DNA from: Polyangiales bacterium | Lineage (GTDB): Bacteria > Myxococcota_A > Polyangia > Polyangiales > Houyiibacteriaceae | NCBI GenBank assembly: GCA_965227405.1 | Contig: OZ245758.1 | Span: 1,513,693-1,577,692 of the forward strand | Length of the DNA: 64,000 nucleotides | Direction: 5' to 3' | Part shown: positions 9,298 through 19,030 of the stretch, in pieces | Layout of the letters: the number at the start of each line of letters is the position of its first letter | Numbering within the stretch: the stretch's first letter is position 1 | Notes under the pieces: generated by a model | Told to the model about the DNA's origin: nothing | Database searches by the model: none | The model's input: the letters and a program-made list of their open reading frames with translations, nothing else | Made by a program: the position numbers and the translations under genes

Positions 9298-10668
9298 ATG
9301 CCGCAAGCGAGCATCCTCATCGTCGACGACGAGAAGAACATTCTCTCGACGCTCTCCCGTGCGCTTCGTGTTGAAGACTTCGAAGTCGACGTCGCAGGCA
9401 ACGCCACGCTCGCGTTCGAGAAGCTCGGTAAGAAAGCCTACGACCTGCTGCTTCTGGACGTGCAACTGCCGGACAAGAACGGTCTCGAAATTCTCAGCAC
9501 CGTTCGCGACGAGGGCAACGACGTACCTGTGATCATGATGAGTGGCCACGGGACGATCGACACCGCAGTCCAAGCCACTCAACTCGGCGCATTCACCTTT
9601 CTTGAGAAGCCGATTGGTACAGAGCGTTTGCTGCTGGCCATTCGCAACGCTCTCGGCTTCGCGCAGTTGGAAGCAGAGAACCGCGAGCTACGTGAACACG
9701 CTGGAGCCACCGACGCGATCCTCGGTCAGAGCCCGGTCATCGGGGAGCTTCGCGAGCGAATCGGTCTCGCCGCAGATGCCAATGCAAACGTGCTGGTGAC
9801 CGGCGAACGCGGGACCGGCAAGGAATTGGTCGCGCGTGCAATCCACCTGGGCAGCCAACGCAGCAAGGGTCCCTACGAGAAACTCAACTGCGCTGCGGTT
9901 CCCGCAGAGCTCATCGAGAGCGAACTCTTTGGTCATGAAGCGGGCGCGTTCACCGGTGCCACCAAGCAGCGTCGGGGCAAGTTTGAACGCGCGAGCGGCG
10001 GTACGCTCTTTCTCGACGAAGTGGGCGACATGCCGTCCAACATGCAGGCCAAGCTCTTGCGCGTGTTGCAAGAAAACGAACTGGAGCGGGTCGGTGGCAG
10101 CGATCTGATCAAAGTCGATGTGCGCGTCGTGGCCGCGACCAACAAGAACCTGCCCAAAGAGATTCAAGAAGGCCGATTCCGCGCCGACCTCTACGACCGT
10201 CTCAATGTTCTCCCTGTTCGTGTTCCAGCGCTTCGCGAGCGCATCGAAGACGTGGATGTGTTGGTTCCGCACTTTCTTCGTCAGGTGTGCGCGAGCAACG
10301 GTCGGCGAAACAAAACGCTTACCGACGGTGCTCTCAAACTCCTGAGTAGCTACGACTACCCCGGCAACGTGCGCGAGCTACGCAACCTGATTGAGCGCAT
10401 CGTCATCCTGACGCCCGGTGACCAGATCACGGAATCCGCTGCGCGTGCACTTCTGCCGATTGGTGGTGGCGGCGGTGGTGGAGGTACGTATTACCGGCCC
10501 GGCACTGCGCTCAAGAAGATGATGGAAGCTGTGGAGCGCGACCTCATCCTCCGTTCGTTGGACCATCACAAGGGACACATCACCAACACCGCCGCGGACT
10601 TGGGCCTTGAGCGCAGCCATCTCTACAAGAAGATGAAAGCACTCGACATTAAGCGAGGCGACAAGTGA
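9298..10668 (+). CDS. Sigma-54-dependent response regulator (NtrC family)
   Basis: REC domain 'ILIVDDEKN...[10 protein letters not shown]'. 'GERGTGKE' Walker A. '[15 protein letters not shown]' motif. Gly8 linker. C-terminal Fis-type HTH '[21 protein letters not shown]'. Confidence 0.9.
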   Translation: MPQASILIVDDEKNILSTLSRALRVEDFEVDVAGNATLAFEKLGKKAYDLLLLDVQLPDKNGLEILSTVRDEGNDVPVIMMSGHGTIDTAVQATQLGAFTFLEKPIGTERLLLAIRNALGFAQLEAENRELREHAGATDAILGQSPVIGELRERIGLAADANANVLVTGERGTGKELVARAIHLGSQRSKGPYEKLNCAAVPAELIESELFGHEAGAFTGATKQRRGKFERASGGTLFLDEVGDMPSNMQAKLLRVLQENELERVGGSDLIKVDVRVVAATNKNLPKEIQEGRFRADLYDRLNVLPVRVPALRERIEDVDVLVPHFLRQVCASNGRRNKTLTDGALKLLSSYDYPGNVRELRNLIERIVILTPGDQITESAARALLPIGGGGGGGGTYYRPGTALKKMMEAVERDLILRSLDHHKGHITNTAADLGLERSHLYKKMKALDIKRGDK

Positions 10669-11483
10669 AACGTGCGCTTGTCCTCAGCGTGCTGCTCGCC
10701 TGCGGTGGTGGAGGGGGAGACGCACCGGATCCTGACACCGTGATCCCGTTGAGTTGGGAAGCGGGCGACTTGACGGCGATGGTGGTCTTGGAACGTCAGT
10801 TCGTGGACCCCGTGACGCTCGGCGCAGACCGCTGCGGTTGGTTTCTACAACTTGGCGAAGCGACGACGGCCGGAGAGTTGCCGCGCATCGATGAAGAGGG
10901 ACCGTGCATCGTCACCGACAGTTCCTTGGAACTGCGCACAGCACCCGGATTCGAGGCGTTCTGCGGTGGCACCATCCAAGTCGTTGCTGGAGGTCTGAAC
11001 CAGACACTCACGCTCTGCGGCATCGATCGCATTCCTGACCGTATGGACCTGGACTGCGCCGACGCCGATGCGGCCGAAACGATCATGGTGTCGAGCATGA
11101 GCGACGAAGCCAGCGATGATCGACTGGCCGAAGTCATGGCGAGTGTCGACACCGGTCGTATCCCCGACATCCAGTCGCCTGTTGTGAACGAAGGTGGCAC
11201 GGGCGTGTGGCCGACTGGGGAGTTCCTGGTTGGATGGGGCGGCATGGGCGGCGAAAGTGTCGAGATCGTGTTGCGTGAGCGCATGGAGACTGGACCTGCG
11301 CTGCGATGTTTCGTGGAAGACCGAAACAGCTTTGTGATTCCGGAGCGACTGCTCGAACGATTTCGCGGCATGATCGTCAGCCTCGAAGTCGCGCGAATCA
11401 ATCAGAGCGTGGTCGACGTGGACGGAACCGAACTTCGGATTAGCCACCGAATCAGCGACGCGACCTGGCTCTTCCCCGAATAG
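10665..11483 (+). CDS. Lipoprotein, hypothetical
   Basis: 'VLLACGGGGGD' is a lipobox plus Gly linker. 4-nt overlap with the upstream regulator. No recognisable domain. Confidence 0.55.
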   Translation: MKRALVLSVLLACGGGGGDAPDPDTVIPLSWEAGDLTAMVVLERQFVDPVTLGADRCGWFLQLGEATTAGELPRIDEEGPCIVTDSSLELRTAPGFEAFCGGTIQVVAGGLNQTLTLCGIDRIPDRMDLDCADADAAETIMVSSMSDEASDDRLAEVMASVDTGRIPDIQSPVVNEGGTGVWPTGEFLVGWGGMGGESVEIVLRERMETGPALRCFVEDRNSFVIPERLLERFRGMIVSLEVARINQSVVDVDGTELRISHRISDATWLFPE

Positions 11484-11525
11484 CGCCGACCAGGCGGTTC
11501 CGTCCAACTTCCGTTTGAGGCGTGC

Positions 11526-12344
11526 TCATTCCGCTGCGTCAGCCATCGTATGAGCACGATTCGCGAACGTCTCAAAGCGGCTCGCCGGCCGACCCAGCAT
11601 GCGCTCGACGCCGTCCGTCGTAAAGGCGTTGTGTCCATCGAGGAGCCAACGGAACAAAGCAATGAAGAAGTCGACGACCGGTGCGGCAAAGTCCTGGCTG
11701 AGCGCATCGGCGAGTTGTTCGAACGTCAGTGGCAGGTATTGCAGAGTCCGCCCTTGTGCCGCCCCCAGTATCTCGGTCGCTTCGGCGTAGGTGAGCAGCT
11801 CCGGTCCCGTCAACTCGTAGATCTGGCCCGAATGTGTGTCGTTCAGCAACGCCTCGACGACGCAGTCTGCGATATCGTCGCAATCGATGAACGGCTCACG
11901 CACCTCGCCTCCCGCGAAAGCGATGGTGTCTTCTCTCGGGACGAGCACTCCCTCGGTGAAGTTCTGCATAAAGAATGCGCATTCGAGGATAGTCCAGCGC
12001 TTGACGCCCGACTCCCGCACCGCGTCCTCGGCTGGACGAACTTGCGGCTCTCCGCGGCCAGCGAGCAATACGATCGTTTCAATTCCACGTTCGACGGCGA
12101 ACGCACATAGCGCTCGCACGTGAACAGCGGCGCCTGAGACTGCAAGATCGGGGTAGTAGGTCAGGTACAGCCGACCAGCGCCATCGAGAGCTGCTTCCCA
12201 CGTGGATGGGTCGCCCCAATCGAAACGCACCTCGGACCGCGGCGACACCGCTCGCACTGGCAACCCCAGCGCTTTCAAGCGTTGGGCGACGCGACGCCCG
12301 GTCTTGCCCGTTCCTCCAACAATCACGGTGAGTTCTTTGGTCAT
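11526..12344 (-). CDS. NmrA/atypical-SDR-like NAD(P)-binding protein
   Basis: The N-terminal 'TVIVGGTGKTGRRV' is a Rossmann GxxGxxG. The size and C-terminal region fit the NmrA family. Confidence 0.7.
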   Translation of the reverse strand: MTKELTVIVGGTGKTGRRVAQRLKALGLPVRAVSPRSEVRFDWGDPSTWEAALDGAGRLYLTYYPDLAVSGAAVHVRALCAFAVERGIETIVLLAGRGEPQVRPAEDAVRESGVKRWTILECAFFMQNFTEGVLVPREDTIAFAGGEVREPFIDCDDIADCVVEALLNDTHSGQIYELTGPELLTYAEATEILGAAQGRTLQYLPLTFEQLADALSQDFAAPVVDFFIALFRWLLDGHNAFTTDGVERMLGRPASRFETFANRAHTMADAAE

Positions 12345-12586
12345 GTTTCCTCCTTAGTCTCGGCGGCGTGCCGCCGTGGCAGAATGTGGCGACCCGCGGC
12401 GCCGCTGTGAAGCCATGCAAAGCTCGCGCGGGTCAAAGCGGGCATGATGGCGTAGGTCATGAGAAGCACGATGCTGGCGACGGACAGCATCACGCCGAGG
12501 AGGTGGTTGCCCGGCAGGGCCGCTTGGAAGGCGGGTGGAATGAAATGCACCGGAGCAAGCAGCCCGAGAAAAGTGAGCGCCGCCAT
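12341..12586 (-). CDS. Small putative membrane protein (DoxX-like?), hypothetical
   Basis: Two hydrophobic helices 'MAALTFLGLLAPVHFIPP...LLGVMLSVASIVLLMTYAIMPAL'. ATGA overlap with the downstream NmrA gene. No motif confirmation. Confidence 0.3.
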   Translation of the reverse strand: MAALTFLGLLAPVHFIPPAFQAALPGNHLLGVMLSVASIVLLMTYAIMPALTRASFAWLHSGAAGRHILPRRHAAETKEET

Positions 12587-12626
12587 CTTGTACCGTGGCG
12601 GCGAAAGATGGCGGCACGAGTCGGAG

Positions 12627-13277
12627 TCACGCAGCACGTTTGTCCGCAGTGGTTGAGCTTGCTGCGCTGGATCGTACCTGGCCGACAAGCGTCGCCCAGT
12701 CCATACCCAACGCCTCGTACACCTCCGCCGCTTCAGGCCGAGCGTTGTCGCTGAGAATTTCGATCATGAGGCTCGCCCCGTCTGCCACCACAACGCCGCT
12801 CTGGGCGAGCCGAATCAGACCGGTCTCGCGTTTGGTCGCGTTGAACGTACCGCTCGCATCGACGGCCACATACGCTTCGAAGCCTTCGCGAACCGCACGC
12901 ATCGCGGGAAAGGCGGCGCACACTTCGAGCGAAACGCCAGCGAAGATTAGCTTGCTCCGCCCGGTTGCTTTGATCGCCTCGGCAACACGCGCGTCGTCCC
13001 AAGCGTTCACCGTCGTGCGGTCGATAAATACCTGATCAGGCAAAGCATCCACCAGCTCGGGAAAGGCGGGGCCCCAGAGCGTGTCGGAAGATGTGGTCGT
13101 GGTCACAATCGGCAAGCCCAGCGCGCGTGCCGCCCTCGCGAGTCCCACGACGTTGTGCTTGAACTCGGCGATTGGGTAGTCACGAATGCCGGTGATGAGA
13201 CCCACTTGCTGATCGACGAGGATCAACGCGGCATTGCTCTGTGTGAGGGGCTCGGGGTTGTATCTTAACGTGTTCAT
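12627..13277 (-). CDS. Isochorismatase-family (cysteine) hydrolase
   Basis: 'ALILVDQQVG...', '...KLIFAGVSLEVCAAFPAMRAVREGFE' (catalytic Cys context) and 'VVADG' are typical of isochorismatase-like hydrolases. The start 'MNTLRYNPEP' was chosen at an ATG preceded by a GGAGAG Shine-Dalgarno. Confidence 0.7.
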   Translation of the reverse strand: MNTLRYNPEPLTQSNAALILVDQQVGLITGIRDYPIAEFKHNVVGLARAARALGLPIVTTTTSSDTLWGPAFPELVDALPDQVFIDRTTVNAWDDARVAEAIKATGRSKLIFAGVSLEVCAAFPAMRAVREGFEAYVAVDASGTFNATKRETGLIRLAQSGVVVADGASLMIEILSDNARPEAAEVYEALGMDWATLVGQVRSSAASSTTADKRAA

Positions 13278-13308
13278 GTTGCTCTCCAAATGGTTGTCGG
13301 TCTCAAAC

Positions 13309-14184
13309 TCAGTCGATCGAACCCAGTCGCCCAGCGGAATAAGCTGCGGCGACGGCTTCGATCTCATCGAGGGTGCTCATGACGAAAGGTCCTCGTTGTA
13401 TGAAGCGCTCCTCGATGGGGGTGCCCTGCATCAGCACTACTTGGCTGCGAGCGCGGCTGTGAATCTCGAGTTCCGCTTGCCTGGTGCCACGAAGAGCGAT
13501 TGCTTCGTGTTCTCTCAGCAGCGTTGCCTGACCGTTGATGCGAATGCCGGCGTTGCCGCGGATGGAATGCAGCCACACGCTGTCGTTCAGCGTTATCGCG
13601 TGAGTGAAGCTGCTGCCTGCGTCGAGCTGCACATCCAAGACGGTAAGAGGCAGTGCGGGCGATGACGCACCGATCAACCCGTGCGTCTCGCCTAGCACCA
13701 CGCGGACTCGATGTCCTTCGCCCTCGACTACGGGGATCGTCGCGTTCGGGACATGCAGAGAGCTCGGCTCCACGTGCTTCATCCGAGCCGGAAGGTTGAC
13801 GAAGATCTGCAGCGCATGAGTCCGCGCGCCTGAAAGCGGCATCTCGTTGTGCACGACGCCGCAGCCCGCCGTAAGCCAGTAGAGATCACCGGGGAGCAGA
13901 TCCACCTCGTTGCCGAGCGAATCGCGATTGCGGAAGCGACCCTCGCTGTCCTCGAAGAGCAGCGAAACCGCAGACATGCCTGCATGTGGATGGGTGCCGA
14001 AAGTCGGCGCAGTCATGATGAAGTGGTCCACCATCACCAGCGGGTCCATGAGCCCGTGAAACTGCGTGTGGCTAAAGCTGAGTGCTTCGAATCCAGCACC
14101 GATGCGAACAGGTCGCCCCTGTTTCGGCTTGGAGTGAGGGACGAGGCCTGAGTTGGTTTCCCGTCTAATCTTGGCCTTGGTCAC
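13309..14184 (-). CDS. Pirin-family cupin protein
   Basis: 'FGTHPHAGMSAVSLLFEDSEG...DSLGN...LLPGDLYWLTAGCGVVHNEMP' closely parallels the pirin N-terminal cupin with its metal-binding His residues. Confidence 0.75.
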   Translation of the reverse strand: MTKAKIRRETNSGLVPHSKPKQGRPVRIGAGFEALSFSHTQFHGLMDPLVMVDHFIMTAPTFGTHPHAGMSAVSLLFEDSEGRFRNRDSLGNEVDLLPGDLYWLTAGCGVVHNEMPLSGARTHALQIFVNLPARMKHVEPSSLHVPNATIPVVEGEGHRVRVVLGETHGLIGASSPALPLTVLDVQLDAGSSFTHAITLNDSVWLHSIRGNAGIRINGQATLLREHEAIALRGTRQAELEIHSRARSQVVLMQGTPIEERFIQRGPFVMSTLDEIEAVAAAYSAGRLGSID

Positions 14185-14238
14185 ACTGAATACATAACGA
14201 TGGAACGATACCTCTCGAAAGTAGGAGGTTTAGAACCT

Positions 14239-14260
14239 ATCGTTCTATATTCAGAACGAT
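14239..14260. promoter_or_regulatory. Perfect inverted repeat ATCGTTCT-N6-AGAACGAT (T-N11-A type LysR box) in the divergent LysR/pirin intergenic region
   Basis: The palindrome is read directly. It lies 13 bp upstream of the LysR GTG start, between divergently transcribed genes. Confidence 0.4.
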
Positions 14261-14272
14261 GGGAGCGCGGGT

Positions 14273-15202
14273 GTGGACCTCAACGATTACTTCTATTTCG
14301 TCCACGTGGTTGAAAAGCGGGGCTTCGCACCTGCAGGGCGAACACTTGGTGTTCCGAAGTCTCGATTGAGTCGGCATATCAAACAGCTCGAGGAGCGCCT
14401 CGGAGCGCGGCTCATCCAACGAAGTTCGCGTCAGTTCACAATCACGGATGTGGGGGCGACATTCTATCGCTTCGCGCGCGCTGCACTCGACGAAGTGGAT
14501 GCCGCCGAGGCGGCGGTGAAACGGCAGACGAACACACTCGCCGGCCATGTCCGCTTGACGTGTTCAGTCGGGATGGCTCAGTTCGCCTTGCGTGATGTGA
14601 TCGCGCAGTTCCTCGCAGACAACCCCAAGGTCAATATCGTTCAGCATGTCACGAACCGAGCTGTTGACTTGATCGAAGGTGGCTTTGACATCGCCGTTCG
14701 TGCGCACACCGGCCCGTTGCCCGACTCCAGCTTGATTCGACGACGCCTCGCACCTGCTCCATGGCATCTGTTTGCCGGTGCTGCCTACGTGGAGAGCGCA
14801 GGCTTCCCTGACTCGCCCGAAGCATTGTTTGGCCACGTTGGCTTGAAGCTCGGCTACACCCCCGAACGTGGAAGCTGGTCACTCCGCGGTGCCAATGGCG
14901 CGACCGTCACCGTGCCGTACCAACCGCGCCTATGCAGCGACGACATCGTCTCGCTCAAACATGCCGCGACCGAGGGCCTCGGCATCGTCGCACTGCCTGG
15001 TTACATCTGCCGCGATGACGTCGACTGCGGTCGTCTAATTCGTGTCCTTCCCAGGTGGACCGCGGGCGACGCCGAAATCAGTCTCCTTCTGCCCTCGCGC
15101 AGCGGTGTGATGCCAGCGGTGGAAGCGTTGGCGGAGCATCTACAGGAAGTCTTTCCATTCATCACGCGCTTACACGACGACGACGACGAAAATCGGTCCT
15201 AG
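14273..15202 (+). CDS. LysR-family transcriptional regulator
   Basis: N-terminal 'DLNDYFYFVHVVEKRGFAPAGRTLGVPKSRLSRHIKQLEERLG' is the LysR wHTH. A C-terminal substrate-binding domain follows. GTG start after a GGGAG Shine-Dalgarno. Confidence 0.85.
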   Translation: MDLNDYFYFVHVVEKRGFAPAGRTLGVPKSRLSRHIKQLEERLGARLIQRSSRQFTITDVGATFYRFARAALDEVDAAEAAVKRQTNTLAGHVRLTCSVGMAQFALRDVIAQFLADNPKVNIVQHVTNRAVDLIEGGFDIAVRAHTGPLPDSSLIRRRLAPAPWHLFAGAAYVESAGFPDSPEALFGHVGLKLGYTPERGSWSLRGANGATVTVPYQPRLCSDDIVSLKHAATEGLGIVALPGYICRDDVDCGRLIRVLPRWTAGDAEISLLLPSRSGVMPAVEALAEHLQEVFPFITRLHDDDDENRS

Positions 15203-15271
15203 TCACGGACACAAAATCACTCGCGTGCAGTCTCACAGAGCGCCGCGCATTTCGGCTGCTATATTGAGGGG

Positions 15272-17005
15272 ATGCGCCGCTTGCTTTTCTTGTGTGCGCT
15301 TGTGGGCTGTGCGCCCGCGAGCCCCGATGACGTCCAGTCTCTTGAGCAGTCGATCATCGGCGGAAGTCGCGAGACGGGTTCGCCTGCTGTAGTTGCGCTT
15401 GTACGCGTTGTTGGTGGTGGTGGGTTGTGTTCCGGAACTGTGATCGGACCACGCCATGTGCTGACCGCGAAGCACTGCGTCTATCAAGAGATGAGCGCGC
15501 TGCCCGCGAACCAGTTTCGGATCTACACGGGCGGCAACATCGGCAGTCCCGCAGAGATCCACCGCGTCCAAAGTTGGGTGGCCACGTCCGGCCCGCTCGT
15601 TGACGAAGACCTTGCAGAAGGACGCGACGTCGCAGTTGTGACGACCGAGACGAACATTGGTATCCCACCTCGGGAGATCGCGCGAAGCTCCGCACGTCGC
15701 GGCATGCCGATCGAGATCGTCGGGTTTGGTCGCACCAGCCCCTCAAGCTTCGCATCCGGGGTGAAGTTCTCAGGCGACACCGAGGTGGGGGAGATCTTCC
15801 TCGGAGTATTTCAAACCATGGGCGTTGCGCGTACCTGTCAGGGGGACAGCGGCGGTCCGGCGTTCGATGCGAACGGCCGGGTCATCGGTGTGACGAGCTT
15901 TGGCTCGGATGAAGCGTGCCGTGAAAACATGTCCTTCTACTCCGAAGTACTCCAGCACCTCTCACTCATCGAAGGTGCCCTTGGAACCGATGCGCCGTGC
16001 ACGCCGGGACCGCAACGTTGCAACGGAGCGGATGACAACTGCGACGGTATCGTCGACGAAGGTTGTGGCGGACTGGGCGATCCTTGCTTCGAGCCCGAAG
16101 AGTGCATGAGTGGCGAATGCCGTGTCGTCGACGGGGAATTCGTGTGCGTTCAAAACTGCAATCCCGAGCTTGGGCCGGAAGCCGAATGTCCCAGTGGCAC
16201 GGTGTGCGACTACATCACGTGTGGCAACGGTTCGTGTGTGGTGGGCACGCCAGGTGCGGGCGCAACAGGCGCCCCGTGCACAGAAAACTCGGATTGCCAG
16301 TCGTTCTACTGCTACACGCGTGATGATGGCTCGCGCCAGTGCGGTCGCGCGTGCTCGACGAGCGGCCCCTTCTGCGACGAGGGCACCGAATGCGTGACCG
16401 AAGGATTCTCGTGCGGCGCCTGTTTGGTGACCGACCCGAGCGCGCCTCGTCCCTTTGGCGCGACGTGTTCAGACGCGAGCATGTGCATCAGCGGCGACTG
16501 CCACGCGGAAGGGTTCTGCACGCAAGCCTGCACCACGCACGCGGAGTGCCCTGGGTATCGCTGCGTTGAAAACCGTTGTGCGTCGGGCTCGCCCGCTGCA
16601 GTGGGCGCCCCTTGCACCCTGGATGACGAGTGTGTGGACGGAGCGGGATGTGGACCTGACGGTCTCTGCGCCACTCGTTGCGACACGGGTTGTGATGCCA
16701 CCGAAACCTGCACGGATGGGTTTTGTACCCCCGATGGACTGCGTCTTGGCGAAGCCTGCTCGGGCAACGAAGAGTGTGCGAGCCGCATCTGCGCCGGAAC
16801 CTGCACGGTGCTCTGCACCGACACCGGGATTTGTCCGGATGGGTTTGAGTGTCGGCCCGCAGGAGCGGAAAGCGGATGCTTCCCGATGTCGACAATGATG
16901 ATGGGAGACGGAGGTGGAGGCTGCGCGGCAGGCGGTGCAGGAACCGCGGCATGGCTGCTGCTGATTCCGATCTTGTTCCGACGTCGGCGAGACCGAAGAG
17001 CGTAG
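15272..17005 (+). CDS. Secreted S1 (trypsin-like) serine protease with C-terminal Cys-rich repeats and MYXO-CTERM-type sorting tail
   Basis: 'VLTAKHC' provides the His of the catalytic triad and 'CQGDSGGP' the Ser. The repeats are of the form 'C...C...GxC'. The terminal 'GGGGCAAGGAGTAAWLLLIPILFRRRRDRRA' is Cys, a hydrophobic stretch, then an Arg cluster. Confidence 0.8.
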   Translation: MRRLLFLCALVGCAPASPDDVQSLEQSIIGGSRETGSPAVVALVRVVGGGGLCSGTVIGPRHVLTAKHCVYQEMSALPANQFRIYTGGNIGSPAEIHRVQSWVATSGPLVDEDLAEGRDVAVVTTETNIGIPPREIARSSARRGMPIEIVGFGRTSPSSFASGVKFSGDTEVGEIFLGVFQTMGVARTCQGDSGGPAFDANGRVIGVTSFGSDEACRENMSFYSEVLQHLSLIEGALGTDAPCTPGPQRCNGADDNCDGIVDEGCGGLGDPCFEPEECMSGECRVVDGEFVCVQNCNPELGPEAECPSGTVCDYITCGNGSCVVGTPGAGATGAPCTENSDCQSFYCYTRDDGSRQCGRACSTSGPFCDEGTECVTEGFSCGACLVTDPSAPRPFGATCSDASMCISGDCHAEGFCTQACTTHAECPGYRCVENRCASGSPAAVGAPCTLDDECVDGAGCGPDGLCATRCDTGCDATETCTDGFCTPDGLRLGEACSGNEECASRICAGTCTVLCTDTGICPDGFECRPAGAESGCFPMSTMMMGDGGGGCAAGGAGTAAWLLLIPILFRRRRDRRA

Positions 17006-17047
17006 ACCGCTCACGACTTGAAGTGATTCGATGATCCGTCGTCCAGC

Positions 17048-17121
17048 GCGTGCCTCGGGCCGGGCGTGGACGAAGGAAGGGTCGCGTCCTTTCGAGGACA
17101 GGCCCGGGTCGAGGCACGTGC
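17048..17121. terminator. GC-rich extended inverted repeat between convergent protease and dnaK genes (putative bidirectional terminator)
   Basis: 'GCGTGCCTCGGGCCGGGCGTGG ... CAGGCCCGGGTCGAGGCACGTGC' are imperfect complementary arms, and an inner 'GGAAGGGTCGCGTCCTTTC' palindrome sits between them. There is no U-tract. Confidence 0.3.
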
Positions 17122-17160
17122 TGGGCGGCGGAGGGCGGATCAAAGCAAGGCGTGAGCGGT

Positions 17161-19023
17161 CTAGTCCAGTTCTTCGGCCGGTGGCTCTTCACCGCCGCCG
17201 TCGTCCGCAGGCTCTTCCGCGGATCCGTACATTGCCTCGGCAATCTTGTACGCGCTTAGCTCCAAGGCTTGGAGGCCTTCGCGAATCGCCACAGCATCGC
17301 CCTCACCATCGATCAAACCGCGCAGGGCATCGATGTCGCCCTGTACCTCTTTGATGACTTCTTCGGGCACAAACTCCGCACACTCTTCAACCGCGCGAAC
17401 ACTTGTGTAGAGCAAAGCCTCCGCACTGTTCTTGAGTTCGGCGAGTTCTTTCCGCTTCGTATCGCTCTCACGATACTTCTCAGAGTCCGCGATGATCTCA
17501 TCGATCTGCTCTGCGGTAAGACCACTGGATGCGACGACCCGCACGCGCTGCTCACGCCCCGTACGAAGGTCTTTCGCGTGCACGTCGACCATGCCGTTGG
17601 CGTCGATATCAAACGACACTTCGATCTCCGGCACGCCACGCGGCGCAGGGGGAATCGGAGCCAGCTCAAACTTGGCCAACGACTTGTTGTCGGCCGACAT
17701 TTCGCGCTCGCCCTGCAGGACATGAATCGGCACGAAGGGCTGGTTGTCGACCGAAGTCGTGAAGATCTCTTCGGCGCGGTGAGGAATCGTCGTGTTCCGC
17801 GGAATCAGAATGTGAAACACGCCACCGCCGGTTTCGACACCCAGGCTCAGCGGAGTCACATCGAGAAGAAGAACCTCTTCCACGTCTCCCGAAAGCGCAC
17901 CGGCTTGAAGCGCCGCGCCAACCGCCACCACCTCGTCGGGGTTCATCCCCTTGTACGGCTCGCGGTTGAAGAACTCGCTGACTTTGCGCCGAACCAAGGG
18001 CATGCGCGTCTGACCACCCACGAGAAGAACCTCGTCGATGTCGTCGACTGTGATCTTGGCGTCGGTGAGCGCCTGCTGACACGGAATCAGGCTTCGCTCG
18101 ACCAAATCGAGCGCGAGGATCTCCAGCTCGCTACGCTTGATCACGGTTTCCAAGTGCTTGGGACCACTGGCGTCCGCAGCGATGAACGGAAGGTTTACGT
18201 CGGTTTCCAACGAGGTCGACAGCTCGTGCTTGGCCTTCTCGGCCTGCTCACGGAGACGCTGCAGTGCGATGCGGTCTCCGCGCAAATCGATCCCGTGTGT
18301 GTCCTCGAAGCGTTTTGCGAGTTCTTCGACCAACGAGTTGTCGATGTCTTCGCCACCGAGATATGTGTCGCCGCTCGTCGAGACAACCTTGAACACGCCG
18401 CTGGCGATCTCGAGGATCGAAATATCGAACGTGCCACCGCCAAGGTCGTAGACCGCGATGCGCTTGCCTTCCTTTTGCTCAAAGCCGTACGCAAGAGCAG
18501 CCGCCGTGGGCTCGTTGATGATGCGCTTGACCTTGAGACCGGCGATTTTGCCCGCAGCCGTGGTCGCAGCACGCTGCGCATCGTTGAAGTAAGCGGGGAC
18601 GGTCACGACCGCCTCTTCGATTTCTTCGCCGAGGTACTGCTCGGCGACATCGCGCATCTCCTCGAGAATCATCGCGGAGATTTCGGCAGGTGAGTAATCC
18701 TTGCCCGCGACGTGCACCCACGCATCGCCGTTGGTGTTCTGAATGATGCGGTACGGAACCAGCCCCTTCTGGCGCTGCACTTCCTCCGCTTCAAACTCCT
18801 GACCCATCAAACGCTTGATCGCGAAGACCGTGTTTTCCGGGTTGGTCACCGCCTGGCGCTTTGCCACCGAGCCTACGCGTCGTTCACCTTCTTTCGTGAA
18901 CGCGATGACGGACGACGTCGTACGCGAGCCCTCGCGGTTCGGAATCACCACGGGCTCCCCGTTCTCGATCACCGACACACACGAGTTGGTGGTGCCCAGG
19001 TCAATCCCGATCACCTTTCCCAC
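17161..19023 (-). CDS. dnaK: Molecular chaperone DnaK (Hsp70)
   Basis: 'GIDLGTTNSCVSV', 'DLGGGTFD' and 'VLLVGGQTRMP' are canonical Hsp70 signatures; 620 aa. Confidence 0.95.
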   Translation of the reverse strand: MGKVIGIDLGTTNSCVSVIENGEPVVIPNREGSRTTSSVIAFTKEGERRVGSVAKRQAVTNPENTVFAIKRLMGQEFEAEEVQRQKGLVPYRIIQNTNGDAWVHVAGKDYSPAEISAMILEEMRDVAEQYLGEEIEEAVVTVPAYFNDAQRAATTAAGKIAGLKVKRIINEPTAAALAYGFEQKEGKRIAVYDLGGGTFDISILEIASGVFKVVSTSGDTYLGGEDIDNSLVEELAKRFEDTHGIDLRGDRIALQRLREQAEKAKHELSTSLETDVNLPFIAADASGPKHLETVIKRSELEILALDLVERSLIPCQQALTDAKITVDDIDEVLLVGGQTRMPLVRRKVSEFFNREPYKGMNPDEVVAVGAALQAGALSGDVEEVLLLDVTPLSLGVETGGGVFHILIPRNTTIPHRAEEIFTTSVDNQPFVPIHVLQGEREMSADNKSLAKFELAPIPPAPRGVPEIEVSFDIDANGMVDVHAKDLRTGREQRVRVVASSGLTAEQIDEIIADSEKYRESDTKRKELAELKNSAEALLYTSVRAVEECAEFVPEEVIKEVQGDIDALRGLIDGEGDAVAIREGLQALELSAYKIAEAMYGSAEEPADDGGGEEPPAEELD

Positions 19024-19030
19024 GCGCTAC

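Noticed and set aside
16469-17243. Long antisense ORFs (224 and 251 aa) overlapping the protease gene, and many similar ORFs in the track (e.g. 22112-22879, 53930-54877, 33357-34181, 46130-47545, 51586-52536)
   Set aside because: Arg/Ala/Pro-rich translations typical of out-of-frame reading of high-GC coding DNA. Each is fully embedded in a better-supported gene with recognisable domains on the other frame or strand.
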